A stretch of 64,000 nt of DNA from positions 160,001 through 224,000 of the forward strand of contig CBDATS010000015.1 of the NCBI GenBank assembly GCA_965200245.1, in the 5' to 3' direction. A model generated the notes under the pieces. It ran no database searches. It saw only the letters and a list, made by a program, of their open reading frames with translations, and was not told the origin of the DNA. The DNA comes from a bacterium (lineage in GTDB: Bacteria > UBA8248). This document shows positions 28,578 through 38,701 of this stretch, piece by piece. Position 1 is the first letter of the stretch. Each line of letters begins with the position of its first letter. The translations under genes and the position numbers were made by a program.

Positions 28578-30383
28578 ATGAACAAGGGACAGGGAATCTT
28601 GAGTGAACTTCTGGAAAAAGGAAGAACCCACGACTGCGGAACGCTTCGTGTCTCCGATGTTGGCGACGAGGTCGTTTTGATGGGATGGGCGGGGTCGAGC
28701 CGCGATCACGGTGGATTGATTTTCATCGACCTGCGCGATCGCTATGGAGTCACCCAGGTGGTGGCCGACCCATCCTATGACGAGGCGGCCCACACTCTCG
28801 CCGAACGGGTGCGCGGCGAATGGGTGCTCGCCGTTCAGGGGATTGTCATCAAGCGTCCGGAGGGGATGGCGAACCCCAATCTCGCGACCGGTGAAATTGA
28901 GGTCCGTGTGACGAAACTCGAGGTCTTGAGCGAGGCCAGAACGCCACCCTTTGAAATTCAAGACGATTCCGACGCGGGCGAGGCGCTGCGCCTGCAGTAC
29001 CGCTACCTCGACCTGAGACGGCCCGCCCTGCGGGAGAATTTCCTCAAGCGCCACCGTGCGAGCCAGGTGATCCGGGATTTCCTGACGGAAAACAACTTCG
29101 TTGACGTCGAGACCCCGGTGCTTACGAGGAGTACCCCCGAGGGGGCGAGGGATTATCTGGTGCCGAGCCGCCTCGCGCGCGGAAGTTTCTTTGCGCTTCC
29201 CCAGAGCCCCCAGATGTTCAAGCAGATACTTATGGTGGCGGGTTTCGATCGCTATTTTCAGATTGTGAAATGCTTCCGGGACGAAGACTTGCGGGCCGAC
29301 AGACAGCCCGAGTTCACGCAGATCGACATCGAGTGCTCTTTCCTGAACCGTGAAACCTTCTTTGGACTCATGGAGGGTCTCGTGGCCGCGATATGGAAAG
29401 AGGTAGGCGGGATCGAAATCGAGGTGCCCTTCGCGAGGATTCCTTACGCGGATGCGATTGCGCAGTATGGAACCGACAGGCCGGACAGGCGCTTCGGCAT
29501 GAAGCTGGCCACCATCACCGACGTGGCGCAGGCGAGCGAATTCAAGGTTTTCAAGGGCACTGTGGAAAAGGGCGGCGTGGCGCGCGCCATGGCGGGGCCT
29601 GGCATGGCGTCGGCCTCTCGAAAGGAAATCGACGACATCATTGCGCACGCGCAGGAGTTGGGCGCGGGTGGTCTCGCCTGGGCGAAGCGGACAGAGAACG
29701 GGTATGAGTCGAACATCACCAAGTTTTTTCTGGATGGCCAATTGGAGGAGATTGGCGCGAGAGCAGGAGTGGAGGTTGGCGATCTGTTGATGATGGTGGC
29801 CGACACCCCTGCCGTGAGCGCGTCGGTTCTGGGGCATTTGCGAAACGAACTCGGGACGCGCCTGGGGCTCGTTTCCCGCGACAATGCGAAATTCGATTTT
29901 TGCTGGGTCGTGGATTTTCCGCTTCTCGAATACGATGAGGCGGAAAAGAGATTTCACGCGATGCACCACCCTTTCACTTCGCCCGTGCCCGAGGATGTCG
30001 CGTTGTTCGATTCCGATCCGGGTGCCATCCGCTCCCAGGCCTACGACATGGTCGTGAACGGGAATGAAATCGGCGGTGGCAGCCAGCGGATCCACCAGCG
30101 TGAAGTGCAACAGAAAATGTTCGCCGCACTGGATATGGATGAAGACGAGGCGCAGCGCCGCTTTGGCTTCTTCATGGAAGCGCTGGAATACGGCACGCCG
30201 CCCCACGGGGGAATCGCCTTTGGTCTGGACCGAATCATGATGCTTCTGACGGGCGCACCCTCGATCCGCGACGTCATTGCGTTTCCCAAAACCCAGAAGG
30301 CCACCTGCCTGATGACCGGCGCACCCGCCTCGGTCGATCGTCTCCAACTCCGCGAGTTGGGCATCGACGGGATTTTCCGGTAG
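28578..30383 (+). CDS. aspS: Aspartate--tRNA ligase (likely non-discriminating)
   Basis: RDHGGLIFIDLRD, STPEGARDYLVP, CFRDEDLRADRQPEFTQ, PPHGG.AFGLDR. Confidence 0.98.
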   Translation: MNKGQGILSELLEKGRTHDCGTLRVSDVGDEVVLMGWAGSSRDHGGLIFIDLRDRYGVTQVVADPSYDEAAHTLAERVRGEWVLAVQGIVIKRPEGMANPNLATGEIEVRVTKLEVLSEARTPPFEIQDDSDAGEALRLQYRYLDLRRPALRENFLKRHRASQVIRDFLTENNFVDVETPVLTRSTPEGARDYLVPSRLARGSFFALPQSPQMFKQILMVAGFDRYFQIVKCFRDEDLRADRQPEFTQIDIECSFLNRETFFGLMEGLVAAIWKEVGGIEIEVPFARIPYADAIAQYGTDRPDRRFGMKLATITDVAQASEFKVFKGTVEKGGVARAMAGPGMASASRKEIDDIIAHAQELGAGGLAWAKRTENGYESNITKFFLDGQLEEIGARAGVEVGDLLMMVADTPAVSASVLGHLRNELGTRLGLVSRDNAKFDFCWVVDFPLLEYDEAEKRFHAMHHPFTSPVPEDVALFDSDPGAIRSQAYDMVVNGNEIGGGSQRIHQREVQQKMFAALDMDEDEAQRRFGFFMEALEYGTPPHGGIAFGLDRIMMLLTGAPSIRDVIAFPKTQKATCLMTGAPASVDRLQLRELGIDGIFR

Positions 30384-30436
30384 GCGTCCGCGTGTCGCCG
30401 AGGCAAAGGAAACCTCGTACCCGGGGCGACACGCGC

Positions 30437-31381
30437 ATGATCGACCCCGAAAAAATTCTTGGAAGCCCCGAAGCGCGACTTGAAACGCCCGCAGGTTTCC
30501 GATCCGGCTTCATCGCCATCATCGGACGCCCGAATGTAGGCAAATCCACCCTGCTGAACCGTATTCTCGGAGAAAAACTCGCTATCGTCACCAGAAAACC
30601 CGGAACAACGAGGCGGAAACTTCTCGGCGTGTTGAATACCGAAGACGCGCAGGCGACTTTTTTCGATACACCCGGATTCGAACGCCCTGCCTCAAAACTC
30701 GGGCGGTTTCTGCTCGAAGAGGTGAAAGCCGCCTGCTCGGGAGCCGACCTTATCCTGCTTGTGACGGACGACGCCGAAGGGGAGGTGGATGAAAATGCGC
30801 TCGCGCTGATCGAGGATGCGGACTTGCCCGTGTTTCTCGTCATCAACAAGACGGACCGTATCAAGGAAAAGACAAGACTTTTGCCGGTTTTGGCGAAACA
30901 CTCCGAAAACGGGATATTCAAAAGCGTGTACCCAATCTCTGCGCTCAAGGGAGATAACGTAGGGCCGCTGGTGTCGGACATCATTCAGACGCTGCCCGAG
31001 GGCCCTAGATATTTTTCGCCTGATATGACGACGGACGTGAGCGAAGCGCTCTTGGTAGAAGAATTCATTCGCGAGCAGGTGTATCGCCAACTACACAAGG
31101 AGATTCCCTACGCCGTAGCGGTGAAGGTGAGCGAAATGGAGCGTGACCAACGTTCTGGCCTGTTGCACGTCGAGGCGGAAATCTACGTGGAACGCAAGAG
31201 CCAGCGCGGGATTCTGGTGGGTAAGGGCGGTGCCCAGATCAAGAAAATCGGAGAGTACTCAAGAAAGGAGATCGAGTGGCGTCTTGATGAGCAGACATTT
31301 CTCGGTCTCAAGGTACGAATCAAGCCGAACTGGCGGCAAAAGGATGCCGCGCTTTCCGAACTCGGATATGAGACTGTATAG
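30437..31381 (+). CDS. era: GTPase Era
   Basis: GRPNVGKSTL, DTPG, NKTD, EIPY, KH domain ILVGKGG. Confidence 0.96.
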   Translation: MIDPEKILGSPEARLETPAGFRSGFIAIIGRPNVGKSTLLNRILGEKLAIVTRKPGTTRRKLLGVLNTEDAQATFFDTPGFERPASKLGRFLLEEVKAACSGADLILLVTDDAEGEVDENALALIEDADLPVFLVINKTDRIKEKTRLLPVLAKHSENGIFKSVYPISALKGDNVGPLVSDIIQTLPEGPRYFSPDMTTDVSEALLVEEFIREQVYRQLHKEIPYAVAVKVSEMERDQRSGLLHVEAEIYVERKSQRGILVGKGGAQIKKIGEYSRKEIEWRLDEQTFLGLKVRIKPNWRQKDAALSELGYETV

Positions 31382-31383
31382 GT

Positions 31384-31572
31384 TTAGCGATTTTGTGCGC
31401 GCATGCGTTTTTTGTGCGCGGCGAGTATTTTTCTTTTGCGCTTCACGCTGGGTTTCTCGTAATATTCGCGCTTTTTAATTTCAGTGAGAATTCCAGATTT
31501 TTCGCATTGTTTCTTGAATTGCTTCAAAGCCTTGTCGATGGATTCACCCTCGTGTACTTTTACTCCCGGCAT
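31384..31572 (-). CDS. rpsU: 30S ribosomal protein S21
   Basis: [12 protein letters not shown]...[13 protein letters not shown]; RBS GGAGG. Confidence 0.97.
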   Translation of the reverse strand: MPGVKVHEGESIDKALKQFKKQCEKSGILTEIKKREYYEKPSVKRKRKILAAHKKRMRAQNR

Positions 31573-31706
31573 ATTGGTTCTGGTTCCTCCCGTTTGCGGC
31601 ATGTGGCGACAGAAAATAAAATAGGACTCTCAGGTCGCGAACTGTCTCGCATCCGCCCGATTTCGTCAAGACCTAAATACAAGAAGACCTGTCGGGAGAT
31701 GCTTTC

Positions 31707-32453
31707 TTGGCCATTTTCAGCGACGATGCCATCATCCTCGGCGCAAGACCTTATTCGAATACGAGTTTGATCGTGACGCTTCTCACTAGAGAGAAGGGCA
31801 AGGTGCGTCTGGTGGCGAAGGGCGTCCGTTCGGTGAAATCGAGGGTCGGCGTGGGACTCGAGCCCGCGAGCGAGAGCCATGTCGAGTGGAGCAGGCGCAG
31901 CAACTCGGATTTGGGGTCGTTGCGAAAATGCGAAACGACCCGGATATATCAAAGGCTCTGGAACGATTACGAGGCCATGCAGGCGGCGTCGCGCCTTCTG
32001 AAAGTACTCGATGTAGTGCTGGGCGTGGACGAGGGCGAGGAAGCCCACTTTTTTTTACTGCGTTCCTCGCTTGAAGCACTGGAAAAAGGTGTTGGCGCGG
32101 CAAATTTGGAGGGAGCCTTCCTCCTCATGCTTCTTGGAGCGATGGGACTCTCCCCGGGGCTCGACTATTGTGTGGCGTGCGAGAAAAAACCCGGGAGCGA
32201 GGCGGCGCGTTTCTGCGTTGCGACTGGCGAGCTTCGCTGCGCGAACTGTCCGGAGCCGATCGAGCGGACGGTGCGCCTGCGCGCGGGCGCAATCGCCGCG
32301 ATGCGGGAGATTTCCAGGCAGACGCTCAATAGGTGTTTCTCCATTCGATTCACCGCGTCCCTGGAATCCGAGATTGTCCACTGCGCGGAGGCGTTTTTGC
32401 AGTATCACAGCGGAAAAACTTTGCCCCGGCGGCGCGCTTCTGTTTCACGTTGA
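31707..32453 (+). CDS. recO: DNA repair protein RecO
   Basis: SLIVTLLTREKGK..VAKGVR; Zn finger CxxC...CxxC. Confidence 0.92.
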   Translation: MAIFSDDAIILGARPYSNTSLIVTLLTREKGKVRLVAKGVRSVKSRVGVGLEPASESHVEWSRRSNSDLGSLRKCETTRIYQRLWNDYEAMQAASRLLKVLDVVLGVDEGEEAHFFLLRSSLEALEKGVGAANLEGAFLLMLLGAMGLSPGLDYCVACEKKPGSEAARFCVATGELRCANCPEPIERTVRLRAGAIAAMREISRQTLNRCFSIRFTASLESEIVHCAEAFLQYHSGKTLPRRRASVSR

Positions 32454-32517
32454 CGGAATCGCGCCGGGGCGGTATTTGTTCCCGTGTTTCGCTTGATGTT
32501 TATTCGATGAGGCTCTC

Positions 32518-34191
32518 GTGCTGAAAGAACTGATGGTCCCCTTGTTCGAAAATGCATTCGAAAGAGCGCACGAGGCGGGCGACCTGGCTTCCGAAGGGGA
32601 GCCGGCAGTCGTCATCGAAACGCCTCCGAACGAGGCGTTCGGGGATTTTTCCTGCAACATCGCGATGACGCTGGCGAGAGCCGAGCGAAAGTCGCCCCTC
32701 GTGATTGCGGAGCAGATACTCAAGCACTTCGAAGCGCCCGAAGGATTCCTGAAGGACGTCCGGATCGAAAAACCCGGCTTCATCAACTTGTATCTCGATG
32801 GTGACTACCTGTGTGCGAGGCTCGGGGACATTCTGTCCGAGCCGGATGATTTCGGAAGTAACAGTTCAGGGGAGGGGATGTCCGTTCATCTCGAGTTTGT
32901 GAGCGCGAATCCCACGGGACCGCTTCACGTCGGTCACGGTCGGGGTGCCGCCCTGGGCGATGTTCTTGGGCGCGTGTTGGAGGCTTCTGGCTTTCGCGTA
33001 CACCGGGAGTATTACATCAACGACGCGGGCAACCAGATTGAGACTTTGGCAAAATCGGCCTTCGCACGTTATCTGCAGGACGTGAAAGGAGAGGATGTCC
33101 CCTTTTCCGAAAATGCATACCAGGGGGAATACATTCGGGAAATCGCAAAATCGAAGAGATTTTGCGAAGGTGTCGCTGCGCTTGCGGATGAAGAAGCGCT
33201 TCTTTCGCAGGCGGGTGTCATCGCCAAGGATCTGATACTGGAAGACATCAAAAAATCCCTTGCCGGGTTTCGGGTCCATTTCGATGAATGGTTCAGCGAG
33301 TCTTCCTTGTTCACGGAAAACGGGAACAGCGTGGAAGAAGCGATCGCCGTACTGGAGGAGAACGGGAAACTCTACGAGAAAGACGATGCTAGGTGGCTCG
33401 CCTCAAGTACATACGGTGATGAGAAGGACCGCGTTGTCGTGCGCGATGACGGCCGCCCCACTTATCTGGCTTCAGACATCGCTTATCACCGTCTCAAGTT
33501 CGAACGCGGATTCGATCGCTACATCAATGTCTGGGGAGCGGATCATCACGGGTACTTGCCGAGGGTGCGTGCAGCGGTAGGAATGCTCGGTCATGATCCC
33601 GAAAAACTCGACGTTCTCTTCGTCCAGTTTGTCAGCTTGCGCCGGGGCGGGGAGACAGTACAGATGAGCACGCGATCGGGCGAGTTCGAGGAACTTTCCG
33701 CCGTGGTCGACGAGGTGGGCGTGGACGCGGCCCGTTTCTTCTTTCTCATGAGGAGCGCGGACACGACTCTGGAATTCGACCTTGATTTGGCGAAGGAGCA
33801 AAGTAGCGAGAATCCGGTGTATTACGTGCAATACGCCCATGCGCGTGCCTGCAGTATCTTCCGCCAGGCGGCGGAAGAGGGGGAGTTGCCCGGAAATCTG
33901 GACGATCCGCCGACCGGTGTGCCTGTGCTGGACGAGGAACGCAGGCTGATGAGGCATCTCCTTGAATGGCCCGATGTGGTGAGAACCGCGGCGGAGAGGC
34001 TTGAGCCCCATCACGTCACATACGCCCTTATTTCCCTCGCCAAACAATTCCATGCCTACTATAATCGAAACCGCATATTGGGTCAGGGTGAAGAACTCAC
34101 CCGTTTCCGCCTTTGCCTCACCAAGTGCTTGCAAATCGTCTTGAGAAGCGGTTTGAATTTGCTGGGAGTCTCCGCCCCCGAGAAGATGTAG
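32518..34191 (+). CDS. argS: Arginine--tRNA ligase
   Basis: EFVSANPTGPLHVGH, WGADHHGY, MSTRSG, YYVQYAHAR. Confidence 0.98.
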   Translation: MLKELMVPLFENAFERAHEAGDLASEGEPAVVIETPPNEAFGDFSCNIAMTLARAERKSPLVIAEQILKHFEAPEGFLKDVRIEKPGFINLYLDGDYLCARLGDILSEPDDFGSNSSGEGMSVHLEFVSANPTGPLHVGHGRGAALGDVLGRVLEASGFRVHREYYINDAGNQIETLAKSAFARYLQDVKGEDVPFSENAYQGEYIREIAKSKRFCEGVAALADEEALLSQAGVIAKDLILEDIKKSLAGFRVHFDEWFSESSLFTENGNSVEEAIAVLEENGKLYEKDDARWLASSTYGDEKDRVVVRDDGRPTYLASDIAYHRLKFERGFDRYINVWGADHHGYLPRVRAAVGMLGHDPEKLDVLFVQFVSLRRGGETVQMSTRSGEFEELSAVVDEVGVDAARFFFLMRSADTTLEFDLDLAKEQSSENPVYYVQYAHARACSIFRQAAEEGELPGNLDDPPTGVPVLDEERRLMRHLLEWPDVVRTAAERLEPHHVTYALISLAKQFHAYYNRNRILGQGEELTRFRLCLTKCLQIVLRSGLNLLGVSAPEKM

Positions 34192-34221
34192 GCCGCATCT
34201 GCCCGCGAAAACGAGAAGTCT

Positions 34222-35010
34222 ATGAAGTCTATCCAGAGAACATCCGCAAAACGCTATAACGTCGTTATTGGCAAACTGCAGATGTGGGTATTTTCGGTCA
34301 TCCTGCTCGCGCTGATGGCCGTCTCCTTCGGTTTCGGCTACCGGTGGGGAGCAGACTCGCGCAGTGCACCAGGCAAGCTGGCCGAAGCCGAAGTCAAGCA
34401 GCCTCCGCTTGAAATTGCCCAAAAGGGAAAGGATGAACAAGTTGCAAGGATGGCAGACGTCACGCAGGAGAAAGCGCCCGAAACGAAGACAGAGGCGACC
34501 GGGAAAAGCATGGACGTGATTAAGCCGAAATTCTACCAGGATCTGCTCAAGGAGAACCAGGGAAACGAACAACCTATCGAGCCCATCAAACTTCCCGTGG
34601 CGAAAAAGGAAACACTACCGAAACCAGCTCCCCGGCAATCGGAACCGGCGTCTGCGGAGAAGCCACCCACGATGGGAATCGTCGAGGAGAAAGGGAATTT
34701 GGATAACACTGCTCAGGTAGTCGAAAAGCCTGTACAAGCGGTGCCGCGCGCTTCGAAACCCTGGGCGAAGGTAGGTGGATTTACCATTCAGGTTGTATCG
34801 TTCAAGCAGTTTGACGAGGCACTCCGAGTCGTCCGCAAGCTACGAAACGCTGGTTTTCAGCCCTACATCAAGAATGCGGACCTCGGTTCAAGGGGGAAGT
34901 GGTACCGCGTGCGGGTGGGGCACTTTCGGGACAAGGTGGAAGCCAAAAAGAAACTCTCCGAGATGCAGGTGAAACTCAAGCTCCCAAGGGCAATAATTAT
35001 AGCGATGTAA
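34222..35010 (+). CDS. SPOR-domain cell division protein (FtsN-like)
   Basis: N-terminal TM, P/K/E-rich linker, FTIQVVSF...WYRVRVGHF; follows argS. Confidence 0.88.
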   Translation: MKSIQRTSAKRYNVVIGKLQMWVFSVILLALMAVSFGFGYRWGADSRSAPGKLAEAEVKQPPLEIAQKGKDEQVARMADVTQEKAPETKTEATGKSMDVIKPKFYQDLLKENQGNEQPIEPIKLPVAKKETLPKPAPRQSEPASAEKPPTMGIVEEKGNLDNTAQVVEKPVQAVPRASKPWAKVGGFTIQVVSFKQFDEALRVVRKLRNAGFQPYIKNADLGSRGKWYRVRVGHFRDKVEAKKKLSEMQVKLKLPRAIIIAM

Positions 35011-35063
35011 AATGCCCATGAATACAGTATTTTGCAGTTTTATTGCTACAAATGACTTTAAGC

Positions 35064-35092
35064 TTGACACTCGTGCCCGGCGTTCCTAATAT
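35064..35092 (+). promoter_or_regulatory. Putative sigma70 promoter for the lipA operon
   Basis: TTGACA-17 nt-TAATAT. Confidence 0.55.
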
Positions 35093-35126
35093 GAGCCTCC
35101 CGATTCCCGGGAGAGGAGGAAATTCA

Positions 35127-36110
35127 ATGGCTTCTCGACGCTTTCCGCCCTGGCTCGTAAAGCGCCTGCCGAGCCCGAGCCGGGCACACGAGGTCAAGGT
35201 GTTGATGCGCAACAAGCACCTGCACACCGTGTGCGAGGAAGCCCGTTGCCCGAACTTGTTCGAATGCTTCTCGCGCAACACGGCGACCTTCATGATCGGC
35301 GGAGACGTTTGCACCAGAACCTGCGGCTACTGCGCCGTCACAAAGGGCACGCCCGAACCTTTGGACCAGAATGAGCCCCTGCACGTGGCGCAGGCCGCGA
35401 AACATCTGGGTCTCAAGCATATCGTCGTGACGATGGTAAATCGCGACGACTTGTTCGATGGTGCGGCCGGTCACGTTGTGGCGACGATCAAGGCAATTCG
35501 TGCCCTGTTGCCCGAGGCTACGGTGGAAGTCTTGGTGAGTGATTTTATGGGCGACTTCGACGCGGTCGAGCAGGTGGTTCGCGCGAGGCCCGATGTTTTC
35601 AATCACAATATGGAGACAGTGAAGCGGCTGTTCAAGGGGACCCGCCCGAACGGTGATTACGAACGCTCGCTGCGCGTTATCGGCATGGCGCGGGAGATAG
35701 CTCCGGATATGGTGACGAAAAGCGGTGTCATGGTCGGCATGGGCGAAACCGAAGAGGATGTGCTCTCCTTGATGGATGATTTGAGAGACGAAAACGTCGA
35801 TTGCCAGATAATGACGATCGGCCAGTATCTCGCGCCCCGGAAAAAGGCGATTCCCGTTCGCGAGTACATACATCCGGACGTCTATGCGCGATACCGCGTG
35901 GCAGGTGAGGCGAAGGGTTTCTCTCACGTTTTCGCGGGTCCATTTGTCAGAAGTTCCTACAATGCGGAGGAGGCCTTGCACGCCTCCCAGGGTTTGAGTG
36001 AGGGGAAACTGCAGGGAGACCCCGAGGGCCGTGCCTTCATGACGGCCGATGGCTTGGGCAGCAACGTACCCGCTCCCCCTCATCGCCTCCTGTCCTTGCC
36101 CGTCTGTTGA
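35127..36110 (+). CDS. lipA: Lipoyl synthase
   Basis: CEEARCPN..EC, CTRTCGYC, VRSSY. Confidence 0.97.
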   Translation: MASRRFPPWLVKRLPSPSRAHEVKVLMRNKHLHTVCEEARCPNLFECFSRNTATFMIGGDVCTRTCGYCAVTKGTPEPLDQNEPLHVAQAAKHLGLKHIVVTMVNRDDLFDGAAGHVVATIKAIRALLPEATVEVLVSDFMGDFDAVEQVVRARPDVFNHNMETVKRLFKGTRPNGDYERSLRVIGMAREIAPDMVTKSGVMVGMGETEEDVLSLMDDLRDENVDCQIMTIGQYLAPRKKAIPVREYIHPDVYARYRVAGEAKGFSHVFAGPFVRSSYNAEEALHASQGLSEGKLQGDPEGRAFMTADGLGSNVPAPPHRLLSLPVC

Positions 36111-36122
36111 GGATTTTTGAAC

Positions 36123-37319
36123 ATGCATGAGTTCCAACGCATCACGCGCCTGCCCCCCTATGTCTTTGCGAGCGTCGACGAATTGAAGATCGAGGCTCGT
36201 CGTCGAGGCGACGACATCATCGATTTCGGAATGGGGAATCCTGACCTTGCCACTCCGCCGCACATCGTGGAAAAACTCGTCGAGGCGACGACGAATCCCA
36301 GGAATCACCGTTACAGTGCTTCGCGCGGCATCACCAGGTTGCGGACAGCCATCGCCGATTGGTACGGGCGCCGCTATGACGTGAATATTGATCCCGAAGA
36401 GGAGGCCATCGTTACCATTGGTGTGAAGGAGGGACTTTCCCACCTGGCCCTGGCCATAACGAACCCGGGTGATTTGGTGATGGTGCCGATTCCTACCTAT
36501 CCCATCCACACCTACGCCATGGTGCTGGCAAACGGCAACGTGGTTCATGTACCGCTCTCGCAGGGGTATGATTTCTTCGAAAACATGACTGACATCATCC
36601 GTCCCATCTGGCCACGGCCGAAAATCCTTGTGTTGAGTTTTCCCCACAACCCCACTACGGTTTGCGTGGACCTCGATTTTTTTGAAAAGGTCGTCGCATT
36701 CGCGAAAGAATACAACCTCATCGTGGTCCATGATTTCGCTTATGCCGATTTGGGTTTCGACGGCTACGAGCCACCCAGCATCTTGCAGGTGAAGGGTGCG
36801 AAGGATGTGAGCGTGGAGTTTTTCTCACTCTCCAAGAGCTACTCCATGTCCGGATGGCGAATTGGTTTTTCCGTGGGAAACCGCGAACTCATCGGCGCGC
36901 TGAGGCGCATCAAGAGCTACCTGGACTATGGAGCCTTCCAGCCCATTCAGATTGCCTCGATCATCGCGCTGAACGGCTCCCAGGATTGCGTCGAGGAGAT
37001 TCGGCAGATTTATCAGAGTCGCCGCGATGTGCTTTGCAACGGACTGGAGAGAATCGGCTGGCCGGTTCAAAAGCCAATGGGCACAATGTTCGTATGGGCG
37101 GAGATTCCTCCAGCCTATAAGGAAATGGGCTCTCTCGAGTTTTCCAAATTTTTGTTGAAAGAAACCGAGGTCGCCGTATCACCCGGCATTGGTTTCGGTG
37201 AACTGGGCGATGGGCATGTGCGCTTCGCGCTCGTAGAGAATGAGCACCGCACGCGGCAGGCACTCAGAAACCTGCGATCCCTGTTTCAGGAGAAAGCGAC
37301 CAGTCGGGCAGTAAGTTAG
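36123..37319 (+). CDS. Class I/II PLP aminotransferase (AlaC-like)
   Basis: [46 protein letters not shown]. Confidence 0.9.
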   Translation: MHEFQRITRLPPYVFASVDELKIEARRRGDDIIDFGMGNPDLATPPHIVEKLVEATTNPRNHRYSASRGITRLRTAIADWYGRRYDVNIDPEEEAIVTIGVKEGLSHLALAITNPGDLVMVPIPTYPIHTYAMVLANGNVVHVPLSQGYDFFENMTDIIRPIWPRPKILVLSFPHNPTTVCVDLDFFEKVVAFAKEYNLIVVHDFAYADLGFDGYEPPSILQVKGAKDVSVEFFSLSKSYSMSGWRIGFSVGNRELIGALRRIKSYLDYGAFQPIQIASIIALNGSQDCVEEIRQIYQSRRDVLCNGLERIGWPVQKPMGTMFVWAEIPPAYKEMGSLEFSKFLLKETEVAVSPGIGFGELGDGHVRFALVENEHRTRQALRNLRSLFQEKATSRAVS

Positions 37320-37345
37320 TTCGCCGTTCACGGGGTCAACATGGC

Positions 37346-38674
37346 ATGAAGAAAATTTGCGTCGGTATACTGGGCTTGGGCACCGTCGGAAGCGGTGTTG
37401 TGAATCTGCTTGACGAGCAGCGGGAATTGATCAAAAGGCGCCTCGGCGTGGAAGTGTGCGTCTCGAAAATAGCGGATCGCAGCGTTTTCACCAAAAAGAA
37501 AACAGCTCGCGGGGTGACTGCCGAGAACATGGGGACGGACTTCGAGGCCGTTATCGACGCGCCAGAGGTGCACGTGGTCGCGGAACTCATCGGCGGGACG
37601 GAAGACGCCAGACGCCACATTTTGCGGGCAATCGACAGGAAAAAGCCGGTGGTGACCGCAAACAAGGCAGTGCTCGCCATTCACGGGGAGGAAATATTCG
37701 CCGCGGCCGAAAAGGCGGGCTGTCCATTGGGTTTCGAGGCGTCCGTCGCAGGCGGGATTCCGATAGTCAGAAACTTACGGGAAGCCTTTGCGGCGGATAA
37801 AATCGAGAGGCTCGCAGGCATTCTCAACGGAACGTGCAACTATATCCTGAGCCTCATGACGGAGATGGGCGCAGACTTCGACGAAACGCTCCAGCGCGCG
37901 CAGGAACTCGGCTACGCGGAGGCCGATCCGGCTTTCGATATAGACGGCGTAGATGCTTCGCACAAGATAGCGATTCTGGCGAACCTGGCCTACGGAACGC
38001 CTGTAGAAGTCAAGGAATTCCACACCGAAGGGATACGCCAGATAACGTCCGACGACATTGAGATTGCCAGGGAACTCGGGTATCGGATCAAACTTATCGC
38101 CATGGCGCAGGAGAAGGATGGAAAACTCGATATCCGTGTGCATCCGACGATGCTCTCCGACAGCCACCCTCTCTCGCAGATTGGGGGAGTCTACAATGCG
38201 GTGGCCGTCTCGGGAGTGAATGCCGGGCCACAGGTTTTCATCGGAAAGGGCGCGGGTTCGGAGGCCACTGCCTCGGCCGTTGTGGGCGACATCATTGAGG
38301 TGGCGAGGTGGCTCCGGAACGGAGGCGACTCGCGGATTCCCGCTGCTGCTTACTTGCCGGACCAACGCGCGCAGCTCGAAATCCTCACGCCCAGGGAAAT
38401 TTCGACTCGTTTCTATGTTCGCTTCGCGGCTTTGGACAAGCCAGGGGTATTGAGCCGTATCTCCGGTGTTTTCGGCGAACACGACATCAGTCTCGAAACC
38501 GTCGTCCAAAAGGGCCACGCCGGCGAGGACGGCTATGCCCGTCTGGTGTTGCTCACCCACAAGGCGACCGAAGAGAACATGCAGAACGCACTCGGTGAAA
38601 TTTCCCGCCTGGACGCCGTGCAGCCTGATTATGCACTTATTCGCGTGGAATCGGACGGAATGGCTTTCATGTGA
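37346..38674 (+). CDS. hom: Homoserine dehydrogenase (with ACT domain)
   Basis: GLGTVG, VTANK, FEASVAGGIP, GILNGTCNYIL, GYAEADP. Confidence 0.97.
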   Translation: MKKICVGILGLGTVGSGVVNLLDEQRELIKRRLGVEVCVSKIADRSVFTKKKTARGVTAENMGTDFEAVIDAPEVHVVAELIGGTEDARRHILRAIDRKKPVVTANKAVLAIHGEEIFAAAEKAGCPLGFEASVAGGIPIVRNLREAFAADKIERLAGILNGTCNYILSLMTEMGADFDETLQRAQELGYAEADPAFDIDGVDASHKIAILANLAYGTPVEVKEFHTEGIRQITSDDIEIARELGYRIKLIAMAQEKDGKLDIRVHPTMLSDSHPLSQIGGVYNAVAVSGVNAGPQVFIGKGAGSEATASAVVGDIIEVARWLRNGGDSRIPAAAYLPDQRAQLEILTPREISTRFYVRFAALDKPGVLSRISGVFGEHDISLETVVQKGHAGEDGYARLVLLTHKATEENMQNALGEISRLDAVQPDYALIRVESDGMAFM

Positions 38675-38701
38675 TCGAGCAGACGAAAGAGCTCATCTCC
38701 T

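Noticed and set aside
28518-30347. 609-aa antisense ORF (similar ones at 35124..36731, 42793..44022 and 45985..47049)
   Set aside because: Shadow frames of conserved GC-rich genes; no recognisable motifs
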